Shown piece by piece: positions 26,773 to 40,074 of a DNA stretch of 64,000 nt. The DNA lies in assembly GCA_009103225.1 (NCBI GenBank), contig RHPI01003041.1, positions 99,106 through 163,105 of the forward strand, in the 5' to 3' direction. Under the pieces are notes generated by a model, which was given only the letters and a program-made list of their open reading frames with translations, was not told the DNA's origin and ran no database searches. A program made the position numbers and the translations under genes. Origin of the DNA: Chlorokybus atmophyticus. Lineage: Eukaryota; Plantae; Mesostigma and Chlorokybus algae. Within the stretch, counting starts at the first letter, position 1. Each line of letters begins with the position of its first letter.

Positions 26773-28901
26773 ATGGCGACGTCGTGTGCGGCCACAGCGT
26801 CGCTGCAGGCTTCGGCGTCGTGCAGCGTAGGTGCAGCGTCCCAGAGGCACAGGCATGGAGCTCGCCTGGAGAAGGGTGCGGCCAAGGTGGCCGGCTTCTG
26901 GAAGGCTGACTTTGGAGGGGAGAAGTTGAGGAGCTCTACCGCAGGCTTGCAGGCGTCCTCCTCGTCTGGTAGGACCGAGCGGGCTGTTACATCCGCCGCA
27001 CTTGCAGCCGAGAAGCCCACAGCTGCCCCCACCACACAGCAATCCACCGAGAAGGTTTGTACCATTGTCATGCTGCATCCTGCGTTTGCACCATTCTGCA
27101 GAAAAATGCATTGCATTGATAAGCTGAGCTATCATGCATGTTGCATGTTCTCACCGGGTGATTCCTTTTTCTTGCTGCTCAGGCCTCGCCTCGGTCAGTA
27201 TGTGCCGTGATTTTGGGAGGCGGTGCAGGTTCTAGGCTGTACCCTCTCACCAAGATGCGTGCGAAGCCCGCTGTGCCTATTGGTGGTGCTTACCGTCTCA
27301 TTGACGTGCCCATGAGCAACTGCATTAACAGCGGTATCCAGAAGATATACATCCTCACCCAGTTCAACTCCACCTCCCTCAACCGGCATCTTTCCCGCAC
27401 ATACAATTTTGGAAATGGCATCCGCATGGGTGGCGATGGCTTCACGGAAGTGCTCGCTGCCACACAAACTCCTGGCGAGGGAGGCAAGGATTGGTTCCAG
27501 GGCACAGCAGACGCCGTCCGCCAGTACATGTGGTTGTTTGAGGACGTGAAGAACAAGGTCAGCTTAGATGCGCATGCTTGCATAGCTATGTGATCCACTC
27601 GCATTTGCGTTTGTACACAGAAGCAGTTGCAAAAATAAGCAACCATTCATTTTTGAATGCGGCAGTTCTGGCATGTGCTACTATTGCAGCCTTGCTGAGT
27701 TCAATACGACTTGCTGCAACAATGTTTGGCCGCCTCATCCTTCTGGTCCCTTATGTTTTGCATGCATGCAGGACGTGGACAGCATAGTCATCCTTTCGGG
27801 TGATCATTTGTACCGCATGGACTACATGGATTTCGTCCAGAAGCACAAGGACAGCGGGGCCGACATCACCCTTGCATGCTTACCCATGGATGATAGCCGT
27901 GCGTCCGACTTTGGGCTCATGAAGATCGACAGCAATGGGCGGGTTATTGACTTTTCTGAGAAGCCAAAGGGCGATGCATTGAAGGCCATGGAGGTGGACA
28001 CGACAGTCCTTGGCCTCTCCCCAGAGGAAGCCACCAAGCAGAAGTACATTGCATCCATGGGAATCTATGTTTTCAAGAAAGACATTCTCCTCAAGGTGAG
28101 GCGCATTCCATCTCTTACGAAGTGATTTACAGCAAATTCTGCACTGTATGCAGCAGTGTCTAGTTACGTGTGCATGCATGATTCGAAAAGCAAGAATTAG
28201 CATCATCAGGACATGCACGCACATTGCAGCTAAGTTACCAGCTGTTGGCTGACCAACGTACCGCTGGTGTGTAGTTGCTAAGATGGCGGTATCCTACTGC
28301 CAACGATTTTGGTTCAGAGATTATTCCTGCATCAGCAGCAGAGTTCCAAGTGCGTGCATACCTGTTCAACGACTACTGGGAAGACATTGGTACCATCAAG
28401 TCATTTTTCGATGCCAACCTCGCCCTCACCACCCAGCCGCCGCAGTTCAAGTTCTACGATGCAGAGAAGCCCATTTACACGTCGCCTCGCTTCCTGCCCC
28501 CAACCAAGATGACCAACTGCGATGTCGACACCTCCATCATCTCGCATGGGTGCTTCTTGCAGGACTCCAAGATTGCGCACTCTATTGTTGGCATTCGCTC
28601 CAGGCTGGAGAAGGGTGTCGACCTGCAGGATGTTATGATGATGGGTGCTGATTATTATGAAACAGATGGCGAGCGCGCGGCTCTTCGCGCTGCTGGGCGC
28701 ATCCCCATTGGTGTGGGTGAGAACACTGTCATCCGTAACACCATCATTGACAAGAACGCCCGCGTGGGGAGCAACTGCAAAATCCTCAACACTGAGGGCA
28801 TTCAGGAGTCTGCTCAGCGTGAGAAGGAGGGCATTTTCATTCGCAGTGGCGTGACGGTTATCCTAAGAAACGGCACTGTTGCAGATAACACTGTCGTGTA
28901 A
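26773..28901 (+). CDS. APL: ADP-glucose pyrophosphorylase large subunit, plastid, ~535 aa, 4 exons
   Basis: Exons 26773-27054, 27183-27557, 27772-28095, 28275-28901. Motifs [42 protein letters not shown] (large-subunit type), [36 protein letters not shown]. Confidence 0.96.
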
Positions 28902-29839
28902 ACAATTTTATGCAGTGCACATGAATTGTGCAGAGCTGACACCCTTCTCCAAGTTTTGTTGATGCATGTGCCATTAGGCCCAGGCTTAGCACAGTAACAG
29001 TTGTAATAATCATGCGGGCAGGTGCCCCATGTGGGCTTTGGCTCGCATTGGTCAGGTTGCTGCTATGTTAGTCCTGGACCGCTCCAGGACTGTGGTAGTC
29101 ACCTGGTGTTGATATGTCTTCCTCAAGCTGACTTGATGTTTGCACAGTGCCTGGTAAGGTGGTGATTGGCGTGTGTTTGGAGACCATGTAGCTGACTCAG
29201 CCATGCTTGTGTAGAGTTTTGCTGCGCATGCTGAGTTGTATCACGTGAGTGACTGTGTTTGCGGCCAGCAACCCTACTTGGACTGTGGCAAAGGTGTTTC
29301 TATTTCAAAACCTGCCTCCCGTGCATTTTTTTAAATCTTACACATGTCCTGCATGCAGCAAATACTATCAACTCTGTACTCTTGCAACATGACGTGCCAC
29401 TTTCCTTTGTTCTTAGTGCGCGACATGGTACTCACGCTCTGGTGTGGAACATTCTGCTGGAGCGAATGATGATCTGCTTGTAGCTGATGCCACACAATTA
29501 CGCCATAGTAGTGCGCAAATAAATTGATCAAAATGGTGTAGTGCAAAACATCAAGTAAAACATTGTATTGGAATCGTCACAGCTTTCCATCTTGCCACCC
29601 ACGATACCCATGTATCACCTGCTCACACCAGCATGGTAAGCTGGGAGGATTTACGTTATGTTGACGTTACATCAAAGCGTGCTGCCCAAGAGTGCTGAGT
29701 CCCATACAAAATCATTGTGAAGGCAAAAACCTTTTCACTGGCTGCAATGCGTCAGGTTGGACACCTTGCTAGTCCTCGCCTCCATGTACCAGTAGGGCGG
29801 GAGGGGGGGCATAGCTAGCACAGACCATGTAACCTAGAA

Positions 29840-30049
<210 letters not shown>

Positions 30050-30995
30050 GATCACAGGGGCCACTACATAGTGCAAGCCAACCAGTCAGCACTCTAAATA
30101 ATCAAGCGATATCATCGCACCACAAGCATGACAACCACCAAACCAACCCAAAAATCCACCTAAACTATGGGTGCTGGACCTATGTGCATTGCATGCATCA
30201 ATGATGATTACAAACATTACAGAGGGCTCATGAACAAAGCCTGTGTAGGCAGGTAATTGACAACTTATACCCATGTATGCATGTCTAACGAGGAGGTTTA
30301 GGAGTGTAGCGTGTCAGGTGAACAAACAGTGTACAAAAGATGCAAGGCGGAACTCGTCAATGCAAATCTATGTGCACATGCAATGCCAACAGTGTGTACA
30401 AACCAGTGGTGGTGTATACTAGCATGCTAGCATGCTTGTCTGTGTGCTGCTGTTTGCGTCAAGCATGCCTGTAACTGCCTCGCCCATATACTGTGCGGAC
30501 ACCAGGCAGATCCCAACACCCACATGAGCAACCGGACACATTACTGGCCCAGCAAGTGCCAGACCTATATGTACAGCCTCCCAACCCAATCAGGACTGAA
30601 ACAAACGGGCAGGCGACGAGGCAAAGCGGCAAGAGGGGGAGAGATCAGTGAGGGGTCCAGTGTGCCAGCAAGGCAGCCGCGTCCATATAGCAGTTGTAGC
30701 ATATTGATGCCGGTGCAGACAGACAACAACCGCACCAAACATGCTGAACAGCAAAGTACATGCAGGTCTAGATGGACTGCTACTGGACCGCAGATGCTTC
30801 TGCAAGCATCTTTTACTCACAAAGCAACCTGTCACTGAGCAACATGTGAAGTCCGCACGGCTTGTTTATGGTGGCCTGAAACAACTCAAAACCCAGAATG
30901 CTGTTCCTCCAGTGCCACAGAGCCAATACATCCCACCGCCATTGCATGTTTGTTTTTGCTGATATATACCCGTCTCAATGTCACCCCCGCTATTC

Positions 30996-33203
30996 TTATC
31001 CAAATGTATCGATGAGGAAGCGCTTGTATATGGCCATGAACTTGGCTACAAAAGCTGCGCACACAACATGTCAGTAGTAGGTACCAAGCGTTGATGATGA
31101 ACACATTGCTGGCGTCAACAGCAGCAGTGTACCTTCCAAGTGAAAGATGGCCTTCTGCCCACACTGCAATCGATGTTCCTGTTGCCCAAAAGTATTGGTG
31201 TGAGAGTCGGCCCATGGACCCATGCAAAAAACCACTGCAAACTGGCAAAGCCTTGAGCAAGACGCACATAGTAAGCAGCCCAGTGAATGACTTCATTCTT
31301 CAACTCTGCGTCAAGCTTCTTCATGAGCTCCAAGGCCAGCGTCTGCAGACAGGCAGGTGTTGGTTGCAGGATGCGATCACCATGCATAAACCATGAAGTG
31401 TTTTGCGTGTGACGAAGCACAGCACTCACCTTGAGAATGATCTCGGGGGGAATGCAATTGACGAGCAGCTCATACAGCATTTGCCGCACTCCCAACAGCC
31501 TGTCACCCCAACATTGGCCAAAGCAGATGTGCATACTGATGTTGAATGTTTGCATGACGGTGTAAGGGACAGGGCACACCATTGACAAAGCAGCATGTGT
31601 GAGGGGGTGCTACTAACAATGTTATGAAGCTGAGAGATGAGATTGAACTTGCAGACAAAGCTGTGAGCAATTTACCTCTTTGGGCTCTGCTCACTCAAGA
31701 TGTCACTTGCGATATCTGTGACAAATAGCTCCCAATCTGTCGCTTGAACGGGTTGATTTTCTTGGAAGGGATAGCTGCACGCCGTTGTGGAATTGTTGAA
31801 CAGCTTATGATCAGCTTACAACCTTACTGCGGTGCAGACACTCATGCGACGAACGGCAACAACTACAACTTACTTTGCCACTTTGCAAGCTTCAAGCGCC
31901 AGCAAGGCACGCCGCATGTTGCGCTTGGAGTAATCTGCGACGCGAAGCGCCAGCTGGCGCGGCAACCGCAGCTTCTCTTTGCTTGCCACTGTTTCAAGCA
32001 CTTGCACAACTTCTGCATTGGTTGGAGCCGACACCCGCACCGCGAGGCAACGTGATCGCAGGGCTTCAATGACACGTGAGAGCGAGTCGCACAGCAGAAT
32101 TAGCCGACAGGCCGCAGAGTACTTCTCCATGGTTCGGCGCAGCGCGTGCTGCGCTTCTCTGCTCAAAGCATCCACGCCGGATAAAACCAGCACCTTGAAG
32201 TTGGGCAAGTTAGAGTTGTTTCTTGCGTCAAGCGGCTTCGACCTCGCCATGTCCTTGATAACCTCTTGCACAACATATCGGTCTTGGAAGCCGGCATCGG
32301 CCGGGTTAAGCTCAAGATGATGCGCGCTGCCGACAGTGGTGAGGTCCACTTCGATGTTGCGCTTGTCTGGAAGCTCTATCTTCCATGGCTTGGATTCAAC
32401 ACGCAATCGCTCTGCTCCGGGACCATATAACTGCCGCAGCAAAGCTGAAACAAGCGTGCGCTTCCCAGCACCGGAAGGCCCGTAGAACAAAAGGTGTGGG
32501 CACTCTCCAGCCTCAACCTGCATGTATGGGTCATCAACAAGCAACGATTAAGCATGTGCTGCACTGCTGTAACAACGAACTCTTCAGCAAGGCAGGATGT
32601 GCACAGCATGCTTGCACTTGGCAGTACACAGTGCATGTAAGCGGAAAGCAGCATGCAGTTAGCAACGCATAACCCACATAGAGCAGCCAGCATACCCGTT
32701 GTGTCCAATGAAGGCAGTCATCTTGGTGACGTTTGTCGTTGGGAAGGCAAACGGCTCAACACACGGACACATAAAGCAGCACATATCGACAGGACGCGTT
32801 TTGTAACCAGTGCCGTGTCAAGACTTCAGCCATTGTTGAGTTAAGACTGTGCGCCAGTTGTTTGTGACAGCAAAGCCAGATAACTCTCACGACGTAACTA
32901 GATGGTTTCAACAAGCAAACGCAGTGTTCTGCTGATGACTGCAAGGCACATAAAGCAGCACATATCGACAGGACGCGTTTTGTAACCAGTGCCGTGTCAA
33001 GACTCCAGCCTTTGTTGAGTTAAGATTGTGCGCCAGTTGTTTGTCACAGCAACCATAGCAACGCATACAGCGGCTGGTCACAGCAGTAGTAGTGTCTCCC
33101 AGCTGTTACTGTTACTTACCAGCTTCTGCAAGTGGGCGGCGATATCGGCGTGCACGACAAACTTGTCGAATGTGTGCGGCCGGTGCTTGTCAACCCACAG
33201 CAT
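30996..33203 (-). CDS. RFC3: Replication factor C small subunit (human RFC3 / yeast Rfc5 type), ~358 aa, 7 exons
   Basis: Exons 33203-33120, 32517-31874, 31774-31676, 31499-31430, 31342-31268, 31178-31133, 31054-30996. Motifs MLWVDKHRP, PHLLFYGPSGAGK, HALRRTMEKY, ALRSRC, YELLVNCIPPEII, HLEAFVAKFM. Confidence 0.96.
32768..33053. repeat. Near-identical ~108-bp repeat pair (179-bp spacing) in RFC3 intron 1
   Basis: cataaagcagcacatatcgacaggacgcg.. at 32770 and 32949. Confidence 0.9.
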
Positions 33204-33666
33204 GCTGCTCAAAGGTTTGCTTCACTACTCGGCGTCACTCTTTGCCCTTCGCTTGGCTAGCCACAGCCTTACACCTCACCGCTCTCCTTGCCCTGGAACA
33301 CCACACCAGCCACGCCCTTGAGCACAACTATGCCTCCATCCAGGCCAGCTAGAAAGCATGCACTAGCCCACCAGCCTACAACACCGCACCTCGGCGAAGC
33401 TCACACACTTCAAGATTGTCCACTAGCAAGCTCACAAGCTGGAGCCGGCAAGCTTCAGCTGGCTGCGCACAATGCGTAAGCAGCAAATCTGTGTGTACAA
33501 GTGTGATCATCTTCGCGCCAAATTCGTGAGCCATACAGGGTTTTGACGTGTGGGCGGCGGTAGAGGGCGGCGGCGGAAGCCAGGCGGCGCAGGACAAGGG
33601 AAGGTGGACGGGGTAGTGGTCAAGGCCTCTGTCCCCGCCGCGGCCTCCGCAGCAGCAGCAGGAGAA

Positions 33667-33935
33667 GTGGGCCGCGTATGCAAGCGGCAATGGGCGAGGT
33701 TTATTTGCCCACGGTGCCTGGTCCGCCATAATACTGCGCCCTGGCTTGATACAAGATCCACAGCGCTAGCTGCACCAATTCCTATAGCGCAACACGCCCG
33801 CGTCTGAACGCGCCCGCAGTCAACCCCGAGAGCTGGAGAGCGGCGAGCTCTTGCTCAGGCCGTGAAGCGCGCAGGCGGCCCAGGATGGCCTCTTTCACAA
33901 TGACCTAAGCCAGGACAGCGACGATGACAAACAAC
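33667..33935 (+). pseudogene. zf-HIT (ZNHIT2-like) pseudogene
   Basis: V[G]RVCKRQWARFICPRCLVR, then a 5-nt insert, then YCALA*YKIHSASCTNSY. This is the zf-HIT pattern with first Cys->Gly, a frameshift and TGC->TGA. An acidic FHND..DSDDD follows; no in-frame ATG. Confidence 0.7.
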
Positions 33936-35228
33936 AAGTCACAGACGTATTCCTCTTGCAGTGAGATGTTTTGCATCGTCATGTTCTTGACAGGCTATAA
34001 ACTGCGCTGCACGTGCATGCGATGTGACGGACATGCATGCGCCTCTAGAGCCCTCAGACTCCAGGATGTATACAAGTTAACTCAAACAAACGAATCAAGG
34101 ATGCATGATTAGATCCCGGGCAACTGTGCATGCATGAGCAAATCTACGCCAAAGCCCTAGCATGCATGCCTTCATGCATGCAGGCTTAGGTAACAGCGTG
34201 CATGTATTCTGTGCTTGCATGCATGGTTGCGTTCTAGGCGTGCTATATTGTCGACTTTGATACGTGTAGGTCCATTCGGTCAGTACAACCCGCATGGTTG
34301 GTTAACGATTGTAAGAAGCATGGCATTTCTGTGATTTCGTGTCTGAGTTCAGTACATCGGACTGGATGACAAGAGTTTCAACGCAACAGCACAGTGGACT
34401 TTAATATAGAATGCCACATTGCAGGTGTGCAACTTGTCCGTAGAGACTCCGGAGTGTATCTTGTACTAACAGGTCAGGTCGTGTTTTCCATGTCGGGCAG
34501 TTCTGCTTTCGACAAGCACATTTGATTATTCTTGCACGCTGCTGCTGTGCTGTATGAGCTCAACAAGTACTGTGCAGAAGGGGAACTTCCACGAGATGTA
34601 AGGCGTTTTTTCTGCAGATGAGAGGGCGCGTTCTGCTGCCTAAGTAGCTACTGGTGGTGCACAGCCTCTTGTGCAGCCTCGGAAGCCATGGTTGCACCAG
34701 TCTGACGCTGCGCACATACGACTGAGTGCTCGTGGCACAGCAGTAGTACAACAACTGTCGCAGCTTGACACCGGCAACTGGTAAGGTGTTGGTTTGCCGA
34801 GGTCCTTGTGCGGATGCTGGTGCGCCATATCCCCGTCCCAACACACAGGTGCGCACACGTGCATGTACCTTGGTTTGCTGGATCTGGCCACTATCGCATT
34901 GCAATGTGCAAACCTTCATGTGCAGGTTCAATCGGCCTGCGCTAAGGAACTCTGTCCTATCGAGGAGGGCCCACGGCCATTCACTGCCTTTTGCGCAGAG
35001 GCATGTGGCAAGTGCGTGCCCTTGACACTGCGCAGGTGATGTTGCGACGGATGTTCGTCTGATGGTTTCATGCATTGTGATTGCGTGCGTGCGTGCGCAA
35101 GCACAAAGGTGGTAGCTGCATCGCTAAGAGCATGCAAATACGTGCAGAGGCATGAGTGTCCGTCCCAGCTCACTGAACGTTTGTGTAATTGTTGTTACTC
35201 AACGTTGGCGTGCTTTGCACAGGCAACC

Positions 35229-35740
35229 ATGCCTGCACCAAGCCTTACGCCTACGGTCGTACAAAACATCAACAAGGTTACCAAAGCTTGGACAGCCAAT
35301 ACTGATGAGATGCAAGGTGCTGCCGCTCGCTTGCCTTTTCTCCAGCAGCAGGCGCAATTGCAGACCATGTTGGAAGGGATTACCATGCGCCTTGACAACC
35401 TGACCGAGCAGATGGGCGCCAACCATACCAGTGTCCAGCATTCCCTCGCCACACTCAACGGGGACTTGAAGAGGAGCACACAGAGGTTTCAGTACAACCA
35501 GAATCAACGTGCATATAAAGCCAACGCGCACCGCGACAGCAAGGTATGTTACTTGCTGAATGAAGAACCTGGCGTTACCCCCTCATTGGATGACCACCCT
35601 GGCACTCTCCTGGAGCTGATGCTGATTACTCCAGCACAACTTGATAGGCTTCTACAACATTTAGTGGTCTAGGAATGGCTGATGGTGCTAGCCACCAAGA
35701 GTGCGTTGATGTGCTCATGCAACATTTGGGGTGCTTGTAG
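35229..35740 (+). pseudogene. Mug135-like coiled-coil protein, copy B, 3' frameshift
   Basis: Open from ATG 35229 to ..LLQH. Two extra nt near 35661-35665 give a stop at 35672; the shifted frame reads GLGMADGASHQECVDVLMQHLGCL*, matching the C-terminus of copy A. Confidence 0.75.
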
Positions 35741-36216
35741 TTCAAACATGGTTAGTGTCGTGTGTAGCCATTGGTGTGATGTGTAGAAGGTCAGCATGTC
35801 AGGTGCTTTTTGCAAACATCACAATCGCTCTGTAGATTGCAAATTCAGTAAAGTAAGTTGCCAGTGAGCCAAGTATGCCTTGCAAATCATGCATGTTACT
35901 GCATGTATAAAGCGCAGCTATCACGAGCGGTCAATCATCAAGGCACCCACAGACACTCGACACGCCCACACGCGCGCGCCTGTACACATACTCATATGTG
36001 CGCACTCACGCATAGGCACACGGGCACGTGCACAAGCACATGCAGCACATTCACAAGAGAGTGGATGTGCTGCATGTGCTTGTGCATGTGTACACTTACA
36101 TGCGCGTGCGCACGCGTGCGCACGCACATGCTCGCAATCATAGAGGAAGGCGCAAGCAGCACACTCACGCGCTCTCTCTCTCCCCCCCTCTGGTCGCTCA
36201 GCGCGGTAGCACTTAC

Positions 36217-36278
36217 GCAGGGAGCCCGCTTACAGCGCGTTGACCACCCCGACGAGGTCCCAACAACTGTTGGCCTCC
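36217..36278 (-). pseudogene. Orphan decayed copy of one ELMOD3-like exon
   Basis: 50 of 62 nt identical to the first 62 nt of exon 40928-40851, with a similar acceptor (gatgcacacag). In-frame TAA at the Tyr position; CA-rich intron-like flank. Confidence 0.8.
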
Positions 36279-36779
36279 CTGTGTGCATCCCCATGCGCGA
36301 CCATGAACAGATGAGCTACCTGCAGCGACTCTGCAAGCCACATCATGCTTAATGACAAGTTCGCGTTGAGCATACTGGCATCAGTTGCGCTGAACACTGC
36401 CATTGATGCATGAATGCGCTGAGGAATATTGTTGCAGATGTGCGTATCTGCTTGTGCTTGTATTCTGTTTCAGGCCAAGGATGCGGTTAGGCAGCAACGT
36501 GACAACTTGTAAGTGACTCCAGTTTCTTTAAGGACTCTAGGCGCTCAGAACTAAAGATGTATGTACTTGGACCATCCTAGAACGGGGAGCGGCAGTCGTA
36601 GCGGCGGTACCAGGCTGGGGCCCGGTCCAGATGGCGGCACCAACGGCGGAAGCGGACGCTGTGCTGGCGGCGGCGGCAGTGTAGTTGTGTAGGCGTGCTT
36701 GCATGCTGCTGGCATGCGTGTGGGTGTGCTTGTGCAGTGATAGGCAGAGATGACAGTGCGCAGCTTGGTGTGACGATGC

Positions 36780-36935
36780 ATAGGCATGGATGACAGTACG
36801 TAGCTATGTGTGACGATGTTGCTGTACTAGTAATGAGAGACTTGGACAGAGTGCGCGTGTACACTGTGATAGGCATGGATGACAGTACATAGCTATGTTT
36901 GACAATGTTGCTGTACTAGTAATGAGACTTGGACA
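36780..36935. repeat. Two-copy tandem duplication, 89-bp period, with a degenerate partial copy at ~36738
   Basis: ataggcatggatgacagtac.. at 36780 and 36869. Confidence 0.85.
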
Positions 36936-38211
36936 TCCCATATACTGAGCACATCTACTGATGCATGAGTAGGAGTTGCAGAACCTCCATACAGCTCTGC
37001 AAATACTTGGCCAACAGTACCAGCTGCTAACTAGCGAAGAGATTGCTGCTGTGCGTATCAGCTATCCGGCTAGATAGCATACAAATAAGCCTTGAAGTGC
37101 TGCCTTTTAGTGTCAGTCCTCACTCAGTCAATGCACTGCATCAAGAATGGGATTGGAGGCACAAAAATGGCACAAAGTCAATGACAGCACTGGCACGGCG
37201 TTGGTTTCGCTTGAGAAAGTTCAAATAAATTCATCCGATTGACTATGGCTGTGCACAGCTATATTGTGCTCAGTACATTACGTGCATGAGTTGCCTATCA
37301 TGTAATTTTATACAACGTCATTGCGATCACCAATGCCACATTGGCGCAGCAACATCAAACCTTCATACTTGACAAACGTCCATGTAATCAACACATGGAC
37401 TACCATCACGATGCGGACTGAATGTTGTAATAGCCAACACTGAATATGCACCACCACACAAAGGCTGACAATTTCATATCAAAGGTTTCTTCAGCACACA
37501 TCATAAACAACTGTTACGCGGTGTTGTCCGTGCTACTCAGCTTCAGAGCAAAACACGAACAACACAAAGGCATGTGTACATCAATAGTAGGGCACTCGTC
37601 ACAACTTGTTCTCTGCTCAGTCCAGTCGCCCATGCTTGTGCACCATTACGCTTCAAGAACTCCTTCAGATATGAATAAAGCTTGACAGAACTGCTCGACG
37701 ATACTGTTGAGAGCAGGCAGAACGAGCAGCGACTCCTCACCCACCTGAAACAACCGATTCACATTGAAGTTGCTATGCACATTTCCTTACATGTAGCCAT
37801 GCAACCACCACGAATATCTTTGTAACAGATGCCCTCAGCACACAGCGCAATGCATCCATCCCGCACAGCACGCAAGGACACGAGATATGCACACAACACG
37901 TTGGCACCTTCTGTCATATCAGCATCCCGTGGCTGTAACACGCTCGGGACAGCAGCGACAGCAAGCTGCAACCTGAATCGCCAAACTCCGCCACCATCAA
38001 AGCCTCCTTCAATAAGTTGGTGATGGTGGCTGGTTTTGCCTAATTGACGAGGCCCTGAGCATCACATGCATAAGCAACTACGCACGAGCATGCAACTAGC
38101 CTTTTAGAAGAAGGTGCAAGTCAACAACTGTGTTCGCTAGTGTTGACACAATCTAAGCCATGACGCATACCTGCACAGGTTGGCCGTGCTGAGCGGCGCT
38201 GTCAAGCAGAT

Positions 38212-38804
38212 CTATTCTTGCTCTTGCGCCTGCTCTTCCTCTTCTACGAGCTGCTTCAAGCTGGTGTTGATCTTTCGCCATGCGAGTCTGGTGTTCCAAC
38301 TGGTGTTGATAATGTCCAAAGTGGTGCTGATCAATTCCAAATTGCGGCTGGTTGTTTCCAAATTGGCTTCGATGGTCTCGCATTTGCAATGCAACTCGTC
38401 CATCTTGGTGTGAAATTCGTCGGCAAGCTTCGCAAACCATGGAGGAGGAGCTGACCAACCAACCAACAAGTGAGCAAGTCAGCAACTTGATTAGCACAGC
38501 GACACAACAAGAAGCGCAGCAGCGCACCATATGGACAAACAGGAGAGGAAAAACACACACAACAAAAACACACGCACGCCTTACTATCGCTTTCATAGGC
38601 GCCACCCATCACTCTCCCAGTCCCATCGGCCAAGCGTGATACTCCGGGCTTCTTCTCTCTCCTGGCCGCAGCCGCCTGCTGCTGGCTTGCGGGAAGTGGA
38701 CGAAGCTGCGCTACACCACCTCGCAGCCCAGCGCTGCGCCGCAGCAGAAGAAGAAGCCAGGCCCCCCGCTGCTGCGACATCGTCATCGCCATAGTCATGG
38801 TCAT
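38212..38804 (-). CDS. Hypothetical 152-aa coiled-coil protein, 2 exons
   Basis: Exons 38804-38585 and 38450-38212 join in phase 1 via GTAAGG..CAG. Arg/Ala/Leu-rich N-terminus, PPPWF motif, then heptad-like helix. Divergent from the Kazal gene. No family recognised with confidence. Confidence 0.4.
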
Positions 38805-39076
38805 CGCCGCTCAGCAGCATGCCGAGAGCACACACATACACCTCTCCGCCTCCGCCGCGCAAGCAAAGAGCTCAACCCGCGCCGCCGTCAGCGCCATGCC
38901 GTCCACGCATAAGAATGCCAACAACAACAACAACAACCAAGTGTATGTGTGGGACAATATTCACAGCAGGCAAACAAGGTGCGCTCCTTGCACTGTTGTT
39001 TGTGCTCTTGCTGCTGCAGGCGACGCATAACTAGTAGTAGCCGTAGCCGTAGGAGAGGGAGACGACGGCGTTGGCG

Positions 39077-39998
39077 ATGGGGATGTCCAAGAGTGTGAAG
39101 CTGTCGGCGTGTATGCTGCTGCTGGCGCTGCTGGCGGTGGGCCTCAGCGCCCAGGCTGCCAGCGCCGTGCAGGCAAGGGCACGCTTTGATCAATCAATCA
39201 ATCAACGAACACGTGTTACAGCGCAAGAGAAGAAGTGATGGTGGCAGTTCGCTGGGAGCTTGATGCTTCTCGTGTGAGGTCGTGCATGCGTGTACCTGCA
39301 AGGAAGCTGTTGTTGTTTTTTTGGGGGAAGGATGCAGCTCTTGGTTGTGCCTTTTTGGTTGAGTTTCTATCTTGACTCTTTCGTGCTTGCTGTGTTTGCA
39401 GGCGGATACTTACAAGGCGCGCAAGGTGCCGCGAGGGTAAGCCCAAACATTCAGACACAATAGCAATTACTTGCGATGATGTTGGTAGTAGTACAGTTTC
39501 CATTCTCATTCCAACCATTTCTTGATAGCTCGTTTTGTTATATTCCCACGGCTGTGCAAAGCTTGTGCCATGCATGCCCTCACTTCATCCAGACTGCCTG
39601 CTTGCTGTACGCAAACATCACACTTGCCTTTCTTGCACGTAGATGTATTTGCTCTCAACACTACGACCCTGTTTGCGGTGTCAACGGGCGGACCTATGGC
39701 AATGCTTGTGAGGTAAGCAAAGATCGCCTGTTACAACACAACCAATATCCATCCTTTCATATGCAAAGCAAAATCATCTGCCCGCAGGCGCATTGTGACG
39801 AAGTGGAGGTTGCGCACACGGGCGAGTGCAACCCCGGGTAAGCCCACGCAGTCACCACCACACATGACGGTTACAATACAATCAGTACCTTGACTGTGCG
39901 AGCTCTGTACCATGCAAAAACTCATGTCCAACAGAGTGCCCTTCAAGTATTGCCCGATACCACAACCGTTCATCATCCCTTTGTCTTGTCTCTGTCTT

Positions 39999-40074
<76 letters not shown>

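Noticed and set aside
29769-29840. PPALLVHGGED on the minus strand, like an alpha/beta-hydrolase motif
   Set aside because: Immediately followed by a stop, with no other hydrolase exons found.
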